NCBI GenBank assembly: GCA_002245135.1
Contig: NGBS01000003.1
Location: 62,001-126,000, forward strand
Reading direction: 5' to 3'
Length of the DNA stretch: 64,000 nucleotides
DNA from: Proteromonas lacertae
Lineage: Eukaryota
In this document: positions 1 through 12,221 of the stretch, one piece after another
Layout: each line of letters opens with the position of its first letter
How positions within the stretch are numbered: position 1 is the stretch's first letter
Notes under the pieces: model-generated
The model's database searches: none
What the model was told of the DNA's origin: nothing
The model's input: only the letters and a program-made list of their open reading frames with translations
Made by a program: the position numbers and the translations under genes

Positions 1-275
1 GATGTGTAGCTCGTTGATCGTTTTGACGATTTGTTCTATTATTATTCATTCTTTGTGAAGTTCGTATTCTACCTCTATGAGAGTGTGTCTCACATTCTAG
101 CAAAATAATAAGCAACAGTTATACGGTTTACTGGCGTTCTTTGAGCTCTTTGCCTTGAATTAAGTCTTGGAGTCTCAGCATACTACATTTTACTGTCATA
201 AAATAAATATACATATATGTTGACCACTCTTATAGTCTGTAAGTTGTATACTCCCCAATGATCTAGTGGATTCAT
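1..275 (-). CDS. 5' part of an unknown protein, truncated by the window start
   Basis: ATG at 275 and two ~28-30 nt GT-AG introns give an open frame MNPLDHWGVYNLQ...YAETPRLNSRQRAQRTPVNQCETHSHRGRIR running off the window edge. No recognisable domain. Confidence 0.45.
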
Positions 276-695
276 TAAAAAAATAAAATCACTTCAAATT
301 TATTTTGATCAAAGTACCTCGAATTTGTTTCATTATAAAATATCATTGATATGATGAAATAGATCCAAACAAATACATTTTAAAAATGATTTATTAGGGA
401 ATATATTATCAAGATTCAAATAAAAAACTGCTTTTATGTTTATCTGTTTTATATATCTCACTATTTGAAAGAACAAAACTCCCATACTCAGTAATCACAC
501 ACATTAGGTGTTATATATTTCACATAATTACTTGTAAAAGTTTTATGTAAGTAATAAACGAAGATTTTCAACAATGCATTTCATTTTGACACAAAACATA
601 GATAATTCATTCAAAATAGAATTGTATGATGTAAATTACATTTTTAAAGTAAATTACAGACATACATTACAATCTAATTTTCAGATAATCAAATA

Positions 696-1426
696 ATGGA
701 TTGTATATAATAATATTTTTTTGTTTTCTCTTAACAGTTTTATTTTCATTTTTTATAACTATCTTATACTATATTTTTTAGCAAATAATCAACTGATCAA
801 TCAAGTGGCTGGTGATTACACTAGCGCTGATTATCAAAGCATGCCGTTAGGAATGACCGATCTAGAATCTAGGCAGATGTCTATGCCTCAAGCTGGACAC
901 GTTATCGATTATACCCAATATCCAATAGATCCTGTATTATATTCTCTTTAATAAATTATTTTTAGGCACATCAACCTGCAATTTACCAAAATAATCCAAA
1001 TTTAAATATGGTTATGATGCCATTTGCAAATACACCACAAGTTATGCCTCAATTATTCTCCAGAATACCTATACAAAGTGAAGAAGAACAACCAATGTAT
1101 GTCAATGCCAAACAATACCATAGAATAATGAAAAGGAGAATAGCTAGAGAAAAACTCAATTCAATGAATCCTAACCATCGAAAGAAAGGTACATATTTGC
1201 ACCAAAGTCGACACAATCACGCCTGTAAGCGACCAAGAGGAGAAGGAGGTAGATTTCTCAGTAAAAGTAGTGTTAAACAACAAGATCAGCAACAACAACA
1301 ACAACAGCAGCAGCAACAACAACAACAACAAATCCAACCTGCTAATCAAACTACTCCATCTTTAACGGTTGTATTGACGCCTGTTCAACCACAGATAGTA
1401 TTATCAACTCAATTACAATCCCAATC

Positions 1427-1477
<51 letters not shown>

Positions 1478-1856
1478 TAAATTAAAACCCACAAAAAATT
1501 CCCAATCACCTCCACAATCAGCTTTATCACCACCACCTTCAACTATAAATGATGTTAATAGGGAAGTATCTCCACAAATTTCTATGATTAGTCCAAATTC
1601 GAATACATCTGATCAACGTAATATAGGGTTAAATAGTGCTGATGATGTAGCTTCCAGTTTATCCGCTTCTTCTCAATCGGTTCAAGGATTTCAACAATTT
1701 CAATTACCTTTCCAGCAATTACAACGACAAATACAAATTCAAACTTCTACGACTGACAATGAATCTAAATCAGAGACAACAGTGTCAACAACATCTATGG
1801 CAGATAATGCTTTACCACCACTGGATAAAGATATGCTTGACAATTGGAGTTATTAG
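696..1856 (+). CDS. NFYA: CCAAT-binding factor NF-YA/HAP2 subunit with a polyQ C-terminus
   Basis: Signature EQPMYVNAKQYHRIMKRRIAREKL...YLHQSRHNHACKRPRGEGGRFL. Introns 703-781 and 934-965 join ATG 696 in frame. Confidence 0.93.
1279..1476 (+). repeat. (CAA/CAG)n tracts encoding polyQ in NF-YA
   Basis: Two visible caa/cag runs at about 1279-1331 and 1428-1476. Confidence 0.9.
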
Positions 1857-2038
1857 AATTTAATATTAATATAGTTTTTAACCTTTTTATTTAAATTTAG
1901 AACAAAGAATGCAAGTGATAACTTTTTTGAACTTCTTTATATTGTTATGTAATACATATACATTTGTAACTATAATATGTTTTTTTTATTAGTATATAAC
2001 AGGTAAAAAAATCAATAAAATACTATATTTATAAATAA

Positions 2039-3721
2039 TTAATCAGAATCATCATCAAACAAGATGTTTTCTTTACTTTTACTAACCTTTAATAAATCTT
2101 TATTACTGTTTACATTATACACTTTATTCGATTCTTTCATATTATCGGTTAATTTCCTTATGAATTCAGTATCTGTATCACTATCACTTAATAACACGGA
2201 TGCTGGTTTTCTAGGCTTAACAGTAGCAGTATTATTATTATTATTATTATCTATTATTGATTTCTTTACCTCTGAATTATTATTATTATTATGACTTTTT
2301 TGTTGTATTTCTTCCTTTGATATTTCTTCCGTTTTATCTAATATTTCCTGTGAAGATGAATTGGAAGATACATTACAAGATGATGATGATGTTTGTGGTA
2401 ATAATTTCTTATATTTATTCTCTAACATTGTCATTCTAGAAATTACTCTTTGAATTTTGTCTGTTGCAGATACTGGTTTATTATTCTTTCTATTATTATT
2501 ATTATTATTATTTAATAACTGTTGTTGTCTTCTTCTCTTTTGTTGTTGTTGTTGTAACATTAATTGTCTTTGATTTTCATTCATTATTTCATCATTTTCA
2601 TTGAATTTTTCTTCTTCTCGTCTTCCACTGATATTTCTCCTTCTATTACTATTTATATTACTACCATTACTCTTTACTCTTCTTATGTTGGTTAAATTTC
2701 TATTACTTCTTCTTCTTCCTTCATCATTATCATCATCATCTTCTTCTTCCTCATCATCATATTCATTATTATTATTATTATCTTCTTCATCATCATCTAG
2801 ATATAGCACTTTAATTGGTTTTCTCCTTCTAATCTGTGTAGAAACTGGTCTCTTTGGTTTACTAGATGCTCTATTGATATCTCTTCTATTTAATTCAGGT
2901 GTAGATATTGATGATGATGTTGTTGGAGATAATGATTCAGATCTTCGTCTATTTCTATTACTTCTACTCCTTACTGGTTCTCTATAATTACTGTCATTAT
3001 TATTGATTATATCTTCCATATAGGTTTGAATAGGCTTGGTAAAATAACTTACTTTCTTTGATGCTGCTAAATTTTTATTTAATTCTTCAGTTAGTTGTGA
3101 TACTACTGCATTTATTTGTTGTTCAAACTATTAAATAAATAAATAATTAAATACTTCTTGTTTTACACCATATATTTTATCTTCTAACCCTTTTCGTAGT
3201 TTTCTTTTTCTTTCTATAAATTCTTGCTCTAATCTCTTTAAATCATCTGCATATTGTTTTTTCAAAGATTTGATTGTGCTTTTCATTTTTACTTCTTCTT
3301 GTTCTTTTATATTGTTTAGTTCTTGTAATGTGTATTCTAATCTCACTTGACCAAGTCTTATTTCTATCATAATTATTAAATTTTCAGTTTTATACCTTCT
3401 TTTTGTGCTGCAAATACTTTATTGGCATGCCCTAATATTGATTTTACATATGGATCTATTTCAACTGATGGATCTACTGGTATTGAGTCATCTTCAGATT
3501 GAGTCTCTCGAAAAACGTTATTTCGTGGTTTTGATTTTTGATATGATTTATATAGTTTTTCTTGTTCAGCTTTCTCATGCGGAGAGTCTGAACGAACCTT
3601 TAGATTTTCACCTATTATCAATAATAAAGCCAATAATACCTAGAAATATTGATCTCAACCTGCCTAAGTCTTCTGATGATTTATCAGTAGATGAATTGTC
3701 ACTACTGCTAGTAAAAGACAT
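2039..3721 (-). CDS. Unknown coiled-coil / low-complexity (N/D/E/R-rich) protein
   Basis: ATG 3721 (MSFTSSSDNSS) and three ~27-32 nt GT-AG introns join ORFs 3376-3633, 3131-3370 and 2039-3019 in frame. Confidence 0.7.
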
Positions 3722-4018
3722 TCTCGCAGTTATAAAAATTTAAAAATGGTTTGAATGAAAGCTTGACTTTCTATTTTGCAATTTTTGATATTACAGCTTA
3801 TCATATAATGATCATGACATTTTATTACTGTCAATCTATAGAAACTATTGAATTTGTATGTTTTTTAGAAGAGAATGTAATTGATGAATATCTACTTCGT
3901 TTAATTTGTTTTTAGTATGAACAATATAATAAATAATAATATAATATTATGTTAATATAATTATGAAATAACTGAATGTATATCCCTTTCTACATCTTCA
4001 CTTACTTGATTCGTCTTT

Positions 4019-4793
4019 ATGCTTTCAGAAAACAAGACAAATTATAATACATTCCCTAAGTATAGCAATAGTGTCATTATTAAATAGAGATGAATGCAAA
4101 ATAGCAGGTCAAAATCCTGATTGTGGCAAATCAACAACTACCAATCCATGTGATCAGTCAGTGAGTTGTCAAATAGAAAATCCAAATGATGTAGCTTGTC
4201 AAACAACAATCAATGTAGATGAAGCTTACATTACATCAGCTTATTCTCTTTTATCAAAAAGACTGAAAAGAATGTCATATTTGAAACTTGTAAAATACAA
4301 TTATACTAATCGATATAATAGGATGCATGTATTTTTCTATGGATAGTCATAATTGTATTTGCCGAAATACCATATTCTTTAATTCCAGTTTTCATATTTG
4401 CTCTACAAACATTTTTTATATTCTATGGCATTGAAAATCATAAGCAAAGTAGTTTGAGAATAGCTGTAATATGGTCCTACTTGGAAATTCCAGTAGTTAT
4501 ATCATTTTTGATTTTTATCTCATTTAAAAACCTTAATTGATTTGCTTTTGCCTTCTTGTTACGTGTTTTGTTTATGCATTAAAGGAATCTCAGTATAATT
4601 ACCATTATCATTCTAGCCATGTTGAATTACTTGATATGTCTATTAGATGTATGTTATACTTTTTATTTACTATCATGAGTGGAATATTTCTAGCTATTGA
4701 TGTATATTTTGTTATTTATATAATTAGGTATGTATAGTTCGTTATATCCATCTCTTATTCCAAGATCTCATGAGAGTAAATATCCCTGTATAG
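4019..4793 (+). CDS. Small multi-pass (about 4 TM) membrane protein, unknown family
   Basis: ATG 4019, introns 4060-4087 and 4290-4321, hydrophobic segments (CIFLWIVIIVF, LIPVFIFALQTFFIFYG, LICFCLLVTCFVYAL, LYFLFTIMSGIFLAID). The junction near 4493-4593 is ambiguous. Confidence 0.5.
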
Positions 4794-5030
4794 AATAATA
4801 AACGTTTAACTACTGTTTCATATTTTAGATTTTGAATTTGAGTATTTAGTTGAAAAAACTGATTAATGAAATAAATATAATCCAATTAGCATAAATAAAA
4901 TATCAAAATAAGCTGAAACAACGTAATTAACGAAATCTCTTAATCTTATCATATTCAAGAATAACCACATTCATAATCAATTTCAAGACTTATGACATGC
5001 TCAATACCATAAAATGAAAAAAGATTAAAA

Positions 5031-5091
5031 TGCTGAGTCATAATGCAAAAATAGTCGTTTTATGAGTCATAATAAAACTGCCAGCTCAGCA
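5031..5091 (+). promoter_or_regulatory. Cluster of bZIP (AP-1/GCN4/ARE-type) sites upstream of PMCA
   Basis: TGCTGAGTCAT at 5031-5041, ATGAGTCAT at 5062-5070 and GCTCAGCA at 5084-5091, all within 120 nt of ATG 5150. Confidence 0.45.
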
Positions 5092-5149
5092 ATAAAATTG
5101 CTAGATATTCAGTTTGATTTTTCTTAACTTTTTTAGAAGATAAATCGAT

Positions 5150-8100
5150 ATGGCGAGTACAACTCCCTCTAATGTTGGTACATCAGATATTGAAATGACT
5201 GTTATTGCTCCTACTTTAGACCAAGCAAAAGTATTAGTAATCATCATCTATTGTTTTTAGAAATATCAATTCACAGCTGAAGACCTATGTGCTCCTACAG
5301 CTGAACGTCCCAATAATATCTTCGATTGGCAAGGCAAAGAGTCAGGACCAGTTGAAAAAGTCGGTGGTATAGAATATATAGCTAAAACTCTTGGTACTGA
5401 TCTTGAAAAAGTATATTTTAGAGTGTTTATATTTCATCTAGGGTTTGTCATCCGCAGATGTGAAAGATCCAAAGAGAGAAGAGATCTATGGTAAAAATGA
5501 TATAGCAGAAACAGATCCTGTAACATATTGTGAATTAATTTGGGAAGGATTACAAGATGTAACATTAATTGTCTTAATTGTCGCTGCTTTAGTATCTATT
5601 GTTACTGGTGGTATTTCAGAAGGTTGGGAATTAGGTTGGTTAGATGGTGTATGTATTATTATAGCTGTATTGTTGGTATTGAATGTTACAGCTATAAATG
5701 ATTATCAAAAAGATAGACAATTCAGAAAACTAAACCAAGAAAACGACAAGATGATTCCTTACAAGGTAATAAGAGATGGAACTGAACATATTTTAACTAA
5801 ATCTGAATTAGTTGTTGGTGATTTAATGATTATCTCCTCAGGTGATACAGTCCCAGCAGATTGTATATATGTAACAGGTGATAATGTAAAGATGGATGAA
5901 TCAAAATTAACAGGTGAATCTGATGAAATGAAGAAAGATACAAAACATCCGTTCATTGTATCAAGTTCAGAATGTCATAATGGTAGAATGAAATGTATTG
6001 TTGTATCTGTTGGTGAAAACTCAGTAATTGGTAAAATGAAGACATTATTAGGTGGAAATGATGATTTAACTCCATTACAACAGAAATTAGAAGTTTTAAC
6101 TTCACAAATTTCAATTCTTGGTGCTGCTGTTGGTATTTTAACATTCTTAGTGTTATTAATTATTCATTTAGTTGAATATGGTAATGGAGATGGTACTGTT
6201 GATGAAGAAGGTGATCCAGAATGGAAATCTTCCAATTGGTCAGAATTATTATCATATTTAATTACTGGTGTAACAATTTTAGTCGTGGCTATTCCAGAAG
6301 GTTTACCATTAGCTGTAACTATTGCTTTAGCTTATTCAGTGAAGAAGATGATGAAAGATAATAATTTAGTTAGACATTTAAATGCTTGTGAAACTATGGG
6401 TGGTGCTAATACAATTTGTAGTGATAAAACTGGTACTTTAACATTAGGTCAAATGACATTGATTAAGGCATGGGTATTAGATGATAGAGATGAAAATGCA
6501 GATCAATCTCAATTATTAGGTGAAAATGGTGATAGAAACGCATTTTATGAACAATGTAAAAATTTACCAGCTGAATTCTTAGAGAAAGTTATTGAAGATG
6601 CATGCTTGAATAATGATGCTGTTATTAATGTAGCTGCTGATGGAACAATGAAATCAACAGGTAGTGCTGTAGATATTGCATTATTAAAATGGGCTAAAGC
6701 TATTGGTAAAGATTATCAATCAGTTAAAGATACATTCCCAAGATTAAAGAATCCAGATGAAGAGAAAACTCAAGGAATTGTATTTGCAAATGCATTCCAC
6801 AGTGATAGAAAGAGATCATCTGTAGTTGTAAGATTACCAGATGGTAAATATAGAATCTATGTAAAAGGTGCTCCAGAAATGTTATTGAGATTATCCAATA
6901 ATGTTGTAAGTACTTCAGGAAAATTCATGGAATTATCTGGAAATTTCTCTGAAGAAAAAGATCAAGATGGAAATAGAATGGGAAGTGGTTCAAGATTAAG
7001 AACTTATGAGAATTGTATTATTCCAATGTGTTCAACTGGCTTAAGAGTAATTGGTTTAGCTTATAGAGACTTTGATGAAAATCAAGATTGGAAAGAAACT
7101 GTTGTATATAAAACAGAAGAACAAAAAGGAACAAATGCTTGTCCAATTCATGAAAGTGAATTAACATTATTAGGATTTGTAGGTGTACAAGATCCTCCAA
7201 GAGAAGAAGTGCCAGACAGTGTAAAGAAATGTCAAAAAGCAGGTATCTTTGTAAGAATGGTTACTGGTGATTCATTAGAAACTGCCAAAGCAATTGCTAA
7301 ACAAGTGAACATCTATCATCCACAAGGTAATGCTGAATATAATATTCCACCAGGTATTTGTATTGAAGGTCCAAAATTCAGAGAGATTGTTGGAGGTTTA
7401 GTATTACCACCACATTTCGATCATGAATGCCATTGTTGTGATTGTTCAGATAATGTTCAATTTAAATCAGGTTATAAAACTCCAGATTATCCAGCTCACT
7501 TTGGTTATCCATCTATTGTAGGTCATAAAGATGAACATTGTGATGATTGGACTCCAGAAGCTGTAGCTAGAAGAGGTGATAAATGTACTGAAGAATGTAA
7601 ACAAAGAGGTTGTAGGAAACAAATGAAACATCCAAAAGATAAAACTGAAGAACAACAATATTATATTGTCAAGAATCAAGCTGCATTTGATCAATTTGTT
7701 TCAACATTACAAGTGATGGCTAGATCTGCTCCAACTGATAAACATTTATTAGTTACTGGTTTAATGGAAAGAAGACAAGTGGTAGCTGTAACTGGTGATG
7801 GTACAAATGATGCTCCTGCTTTAAGTAAATCCAATGTTGGTTTTGCTATGGGTATAGCTGGTACATCTGTAGCTAAAGATGCTTGTGATATTATCTTGAT
7901 GGATGATAATTTCACATCAATTGTAAAGGCAGTAATGTGGGGAAGAAATGTATATGATGGTATTAGAAAATTCTTACAATTCCAATTAACAATCAATTTA
8001 GTCGCTTTGGCTTTATCATTTATCTCAGCCTGTTCAATCAAAGAATCTCCATTGAAAGCTATTCAAATGTTATGGGTTAATTTAATCATGGATACATTTG

Positions 8101-8738
8101 CTTCATTAGCTTTAGCAACTGAATATCCAACTGAGAAGTTATTAGATAGACCACCATATTCAAGAGATGATTCTTTAATTTCCAGTGTAATGTTACGAAA
8201 TATTATAGGCCATTTCATCTACCAAATTGTTGTTTTATTATTCTTAGTATTTGATGGTCATAAAATGTTTGGTATTCCAATTGGTTCAAGTTTAGGTCAT
8301 GCTGCTGATCCAACTCAACACTTTACAATTATTTTCCATGCTTTTGTATTGATGCAATGTTTTAATGAAATTAATGCCAGAAAGATTGATGGTGAAAGAA
8401 ATGTTTTTGCTAATATTAAGAAGAGTTATATGTTTATAGTAATTGTGGTATTCACAACAGCTTTACAATTCCTAATTGCTCAAATTGGTGATATTGTTTT
8501 TGGATGTAAAGGTTTAACTGGTGCTCAACATGGAATGTGTATATTAATTGGTTTTATGGAAATGATCGTTTGTCAATTATTGAATTTCATTCCAGGTCAT
8601 TGGTTCATTGATTTAGGAAAGAAGAAGCCAGATGATGATTTCCAACCAAATATTATTGTAAGAGGTAAATCAAGCAGAGCTAGAGCTTCACTTCCAGGTA
8701 TGGGAGAGAAGAGATTAAAGAAGATCTTCACTCATTAA
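5150..8738 (+). CDS. PMCA: P2B-type (plasma-membrane) Ca2+-ATPase
   Basis: Motifs TGES, VVAIPEGLPLAVT, ICSDKTGTLT, KGAPE, MVTGD, VTGDGTNDAPAL, QMLWVNLIMDT. Introns 5231-5260 and 5411-5441 link ATG 5150. Confidence 0.97.
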
Positions 8739-8866
8739 AGAATAGATTTAATATTATAAATAGCGAATTAAAAAGATTACATTTTAAAAACACTTTATAT
8801 ATAGCAAAAATACTGTTTATTTGAATGTTTTTATAATTTATGTTTTTATTGGGTTAATATTATATA

Positions 8867-10441
8867 TTAAATTTTAATTACTTCAACTCCTAGTTGATAA
8901 ATATACTTTTGTCTTTCATTGTTTATAAATACACTTAGTAATCCATTCAATGAGATACAAATCCTTAATTCAATAGGCTTATCTTCTATTCCTTCTTCTC
9001 CTTCATTCATATCATCAATATAATGCATAATTTTAAATAATACTTCATTTTTATCTATTTCCATTGTATTTTTATATTCCACTAATTCTATTCTTATTTC
9101 TTTTTGATTTTTACTTCTCATATAAACTTTCTTTCTGCAGGAAATAGGTATTTCACTCCCTTGTTTTATTAATACAAATACTCTTTCTTCATTTTTTTCA
9201 TTTTTATATTTTATTCCAATATCATTTATAATTGTACTTTTGAATTTGATATTCTCATTAATAAAATTATCTGTATTTTTAAGACATTCTGGTAATATAT
9301 CGTTGTAATATTTATAACAATAAATAGAACTACCAATTGATACAACTTCTAAAGGATCTATATCATTATGAATGTTTATTCCATTAAAATTATTTTGTAA
9401 TAAATTAAATAAATAACAAAGTCTAGAACTTCCACCAGCTAGTATAATATCACTCACTTTATCTTCATATCCTTCCATCACTTCCTTCATTATTTCAATT
9501 GTTTTATTATATAATTCCTCATTCTCATTATTAAATACATCATACCTTAATTCAACATCAATATTATAATCATATAATTCATTGAATTCAACTTCTACAC
9601 TCTCTTTGTCATTAAAATCACATTTTGCTTTTTCTAATGATTTTATTAATCGATTATATCTTCTTGGATTATCCTCTATTCTATCATCACTATATTCATC
9701 TATTATTTCACTATATAATTTAACTAAATTCAATGTCAGATTATGACCACCTAAATCATATTCATTTTTACTGTTAATTATTTCAATTTTATCATTTTTT
9801 ATATTCAATAAAGAGCAACAAAAAGTTTTACATCCTAAATCATATACTATCACATAATTATTTTCATCATCATATTCTTTTAATTTAATTACAGAGTTTT
9901 CATCATTGAAATAATAAGCTATTACAACACAAACTGGTGTAGTGATTAATGGTATTTCACTTCTATCATACAAGAATAATGATTTCTTCAGTTTTATTGT
10001 TGATTCATCTTTCATTAAAGGAGGAATTGTACACACTATTTTGTTTTGTTTTCCAGGTTTGATTGGAAGGACTTGATTTAAATAAAATGAGAGTAATTGA
10101 TAAGGGTAAAAAGGATGGTTTAAATGATCAGTTTTTAAATTAACCATCACTTCATACTTTTTATCAATTACAAACTTCAATTTATATCTTTCCTCTAGTT
10201 TATCAATGTCTTCAGCTTCACTCTCAAACAGATTATAGAAATCTGTCACTATTACACAATCTTTATTCACTTTATCTATTTTACTATCCTCCAATACTGA
10301 TATTGAATTGCCATAAATACATAAATTCACTCCTATACTCAAATCCTTCTTTTTGGTTCTTAAGATTTTGATTTCTTTTGAATCAGTGTATCGGCTTATC
10401 TTTGTATTACTCATCCCTATATCAACTCCGTAATACTCCAT
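8867..10441 (-). CDS. Divergent, intronless Hsp70-superfamily protein
   Basis: GVDIG, VYDLGCKTF, DLGGHNL, EKAKC, IILAGGSSRL and DPLEVVSIGS map onto the Hsp70 ATPase fold. Partial substrate-binding domain (LIKQGSEIP...SKNQKEIRIELVE), no lid or EEVD. Confidence 0.85.
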   Translation of the reverse strand: MEYYGVDIGMSNTKISRYTDSKEIKILRTKKKDLSIGVNLCIYGNSISVLEDSKIDKVNKDCVIVTDFYNLFESEAEDIDKLEERYKLKFVIDKKYEVMVNLKTDHLNHPFYPYQLLSFYLNQVLPIKPGKQNKIVCTIPPLMKDESTIKLKKSLFLYDRSEIPLITTPVCVVIAYYFNDENSVIKLKEYDDENNYVIVYDLGCKTFCCSLLNIKNDKIEIINSKNEYDLGGHNLTLNLVKLYSEIIDEYSDDRIEDNPRRYNRLIKSLEKAKCDFNDKESVEVEFNELYDYNIDVELRYDVFNNENEELYNKTIEIMKEVMEGYEDKVSDIILAGGSSRLCYLFNLLQNNFNGINIHNDIDPLEVVSIGSSIYCYKYYNDILPECLKNTDNFINENIKFKSTIINDIGIKYKNEKNEERVFVLIKQGSEIPISCRKKVYMRSKNQKEIRIELVEYKNTMEIDKNEVLFKIMHYIDDMNEGEEGIEDKPIELRICISLNGLLSVFINNERQKYIYQLGVEVIKI

Positions 10442-10574
10442 AGTTTTGACTAAAACTTAAAACAGAAGGTTTGGCTTGCTGTAATAAAATAAAGATCCGT
10501 TTCAATAATAAAAAATGTTTAAAAATCAATTAAATTAAATTATTATCCGAAAAACTATTTACATTCCTTTGCAA

Positions 10575-12116
10575 TCAAGGAATATTTAAGGAATTCTCAA
10601 TCATACTACATGAACAGCCGAAAACTACTTGAAATTGATGACAATTTCTGCTTTTCGGTATCTCTTTGAATAAACTTATTCCTCTCTTGTTTTGTGTGTT
10701 TATATTCTCCTTTTTAAAATGAGCAATATCAAACAAAGTTGAGTGAAAATCAAATCCAGTAACAAATCTATTCTGGTTTAACTTCATATTGCGATCAATG
10801 TTTGGATTTTGCTTTGTAAACCATTTTGGAAGCATCTATAATATAGAAAAATAATTGTTCATACTGTAAACATTAAAGGTAAAGAATGATCAAATGCTCC
10901 AAACTATTGAGAATTATATAGAATGAATAATATACTTTTGTATCGTGATAAGGACCATAATGCATTCCATGATCTGCTAAAAAGAATAAAACGGAGTCTT
11001 TTAATATATTCTCTTTATTAAGAAACTTAATATAATTTGTCAAATCTTTATCAATTCTTGGAAGTGATAATAACTTGTAATCGTGAGCATCTGCTAAATC
11101 AATAATAGAAAAAGTTGGTTGGTTTTTATCATGATAATATTTTATTGCTTCTTTCATATAATCAAATACATATTTATGAATCTGTTGATGTCCAACACAT
11201 CTTGGATGATGACCATATTGACCATACTGCCAAACATTACTAAACACAGTATACTCAAGATATATATATATATATACTTATATCTTGGATCATCACATAA
11301 ATAATTAATATTATGATCAGATCCTTTATAATTATTTTTTGCAAGCAATGTTTCTTTATGATCCATAAATTGAATTGCATTAATGGTTATATATCCTTCT
11401 TCTTTAAAATCATCGAATATCAGTTTATGAACGTTTTTACCTTCTGTTTCACTTATCCCATACATAAGTGGAGGATAATGCGGATTAGAATTTGCAGCTA
11501 TCGTATGATATCTTAACATATCATAGGTTGAAAATTGAGAAGAAAGATTATGTAATAATTTAATTGTTATTGGTAATTGTTTCTTTGTAACATATCTAGA
11601 GGCTGCATCTAATATTATCAAATGAACTGATAACTTGTTGTTATTCGTTGGTTTTTCTACTTTCTTTGGCATGAATTTCAAAAACCAATCATAATGATAT
11701 TTTGAATAAGATGATACTGTTCTAATTACTTCAGCTTTTACATCTATTGTTCTACCCCTTTTAAGTTTTACAGTATCTATACTGTATTTATTTAATCTAC
11801 GGATGTATTGAGAGACTTCTGTGTTTATTAAAGCTTTGAGTTTGTTATTTTCAATTGATATCGATGGTTTCATCTTTGGACAATCTTCATTATCAGGTTC
11901 TGTAATAATTTTGTAAGCGTTAACTTCGTAGCACGGTAATTGACATAGTTCTTTGTCAGCGTCATATGGAACGTTATTTAGCAAACTTGAGCATAAACTA
12001 TCATTAGTATACAGTATTCCATGTGCAGTTAATAATTTGCTTGTTTTTATTTGTTTGGTAAATATAATTAAGAAAAAAACCATGGTAAATAGAGTAAATG
12101 AATATATATATTTCAT
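10575..12116 (-). CDS. DUF229 / alkaline-phosphatase-sulfatase superfamily protein with an N-terminal anchor
   Basis: LIILDAASR, YHTIAANS, DAHD, FFLADHGMHYG, LPKWF, NQNRFVTGFDFHSTL, CSC. Three short introns join the three ORFs. Confidence 0.85.
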
Positions 12117-12221
12117 TTGTGCTTTTTATTTGTTTTACAACATTAAGTAATAATAAAATACAAAAAAGAAATATTGTTGATATGAAACGGTATTATTTTT
12201 CAATTATAAAAACACAATTAA

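Noticed and set aside
1161..2987. Poly-Leu/Val/Ser ORFs in the track (1161-1542, 2064-2987; likewise 24388-24732, 51070-51480)
   Set aside because: Antisense shadows of CAA/AAT/GAT microsatellites and coiled-coil codons in real genes on the other strand.
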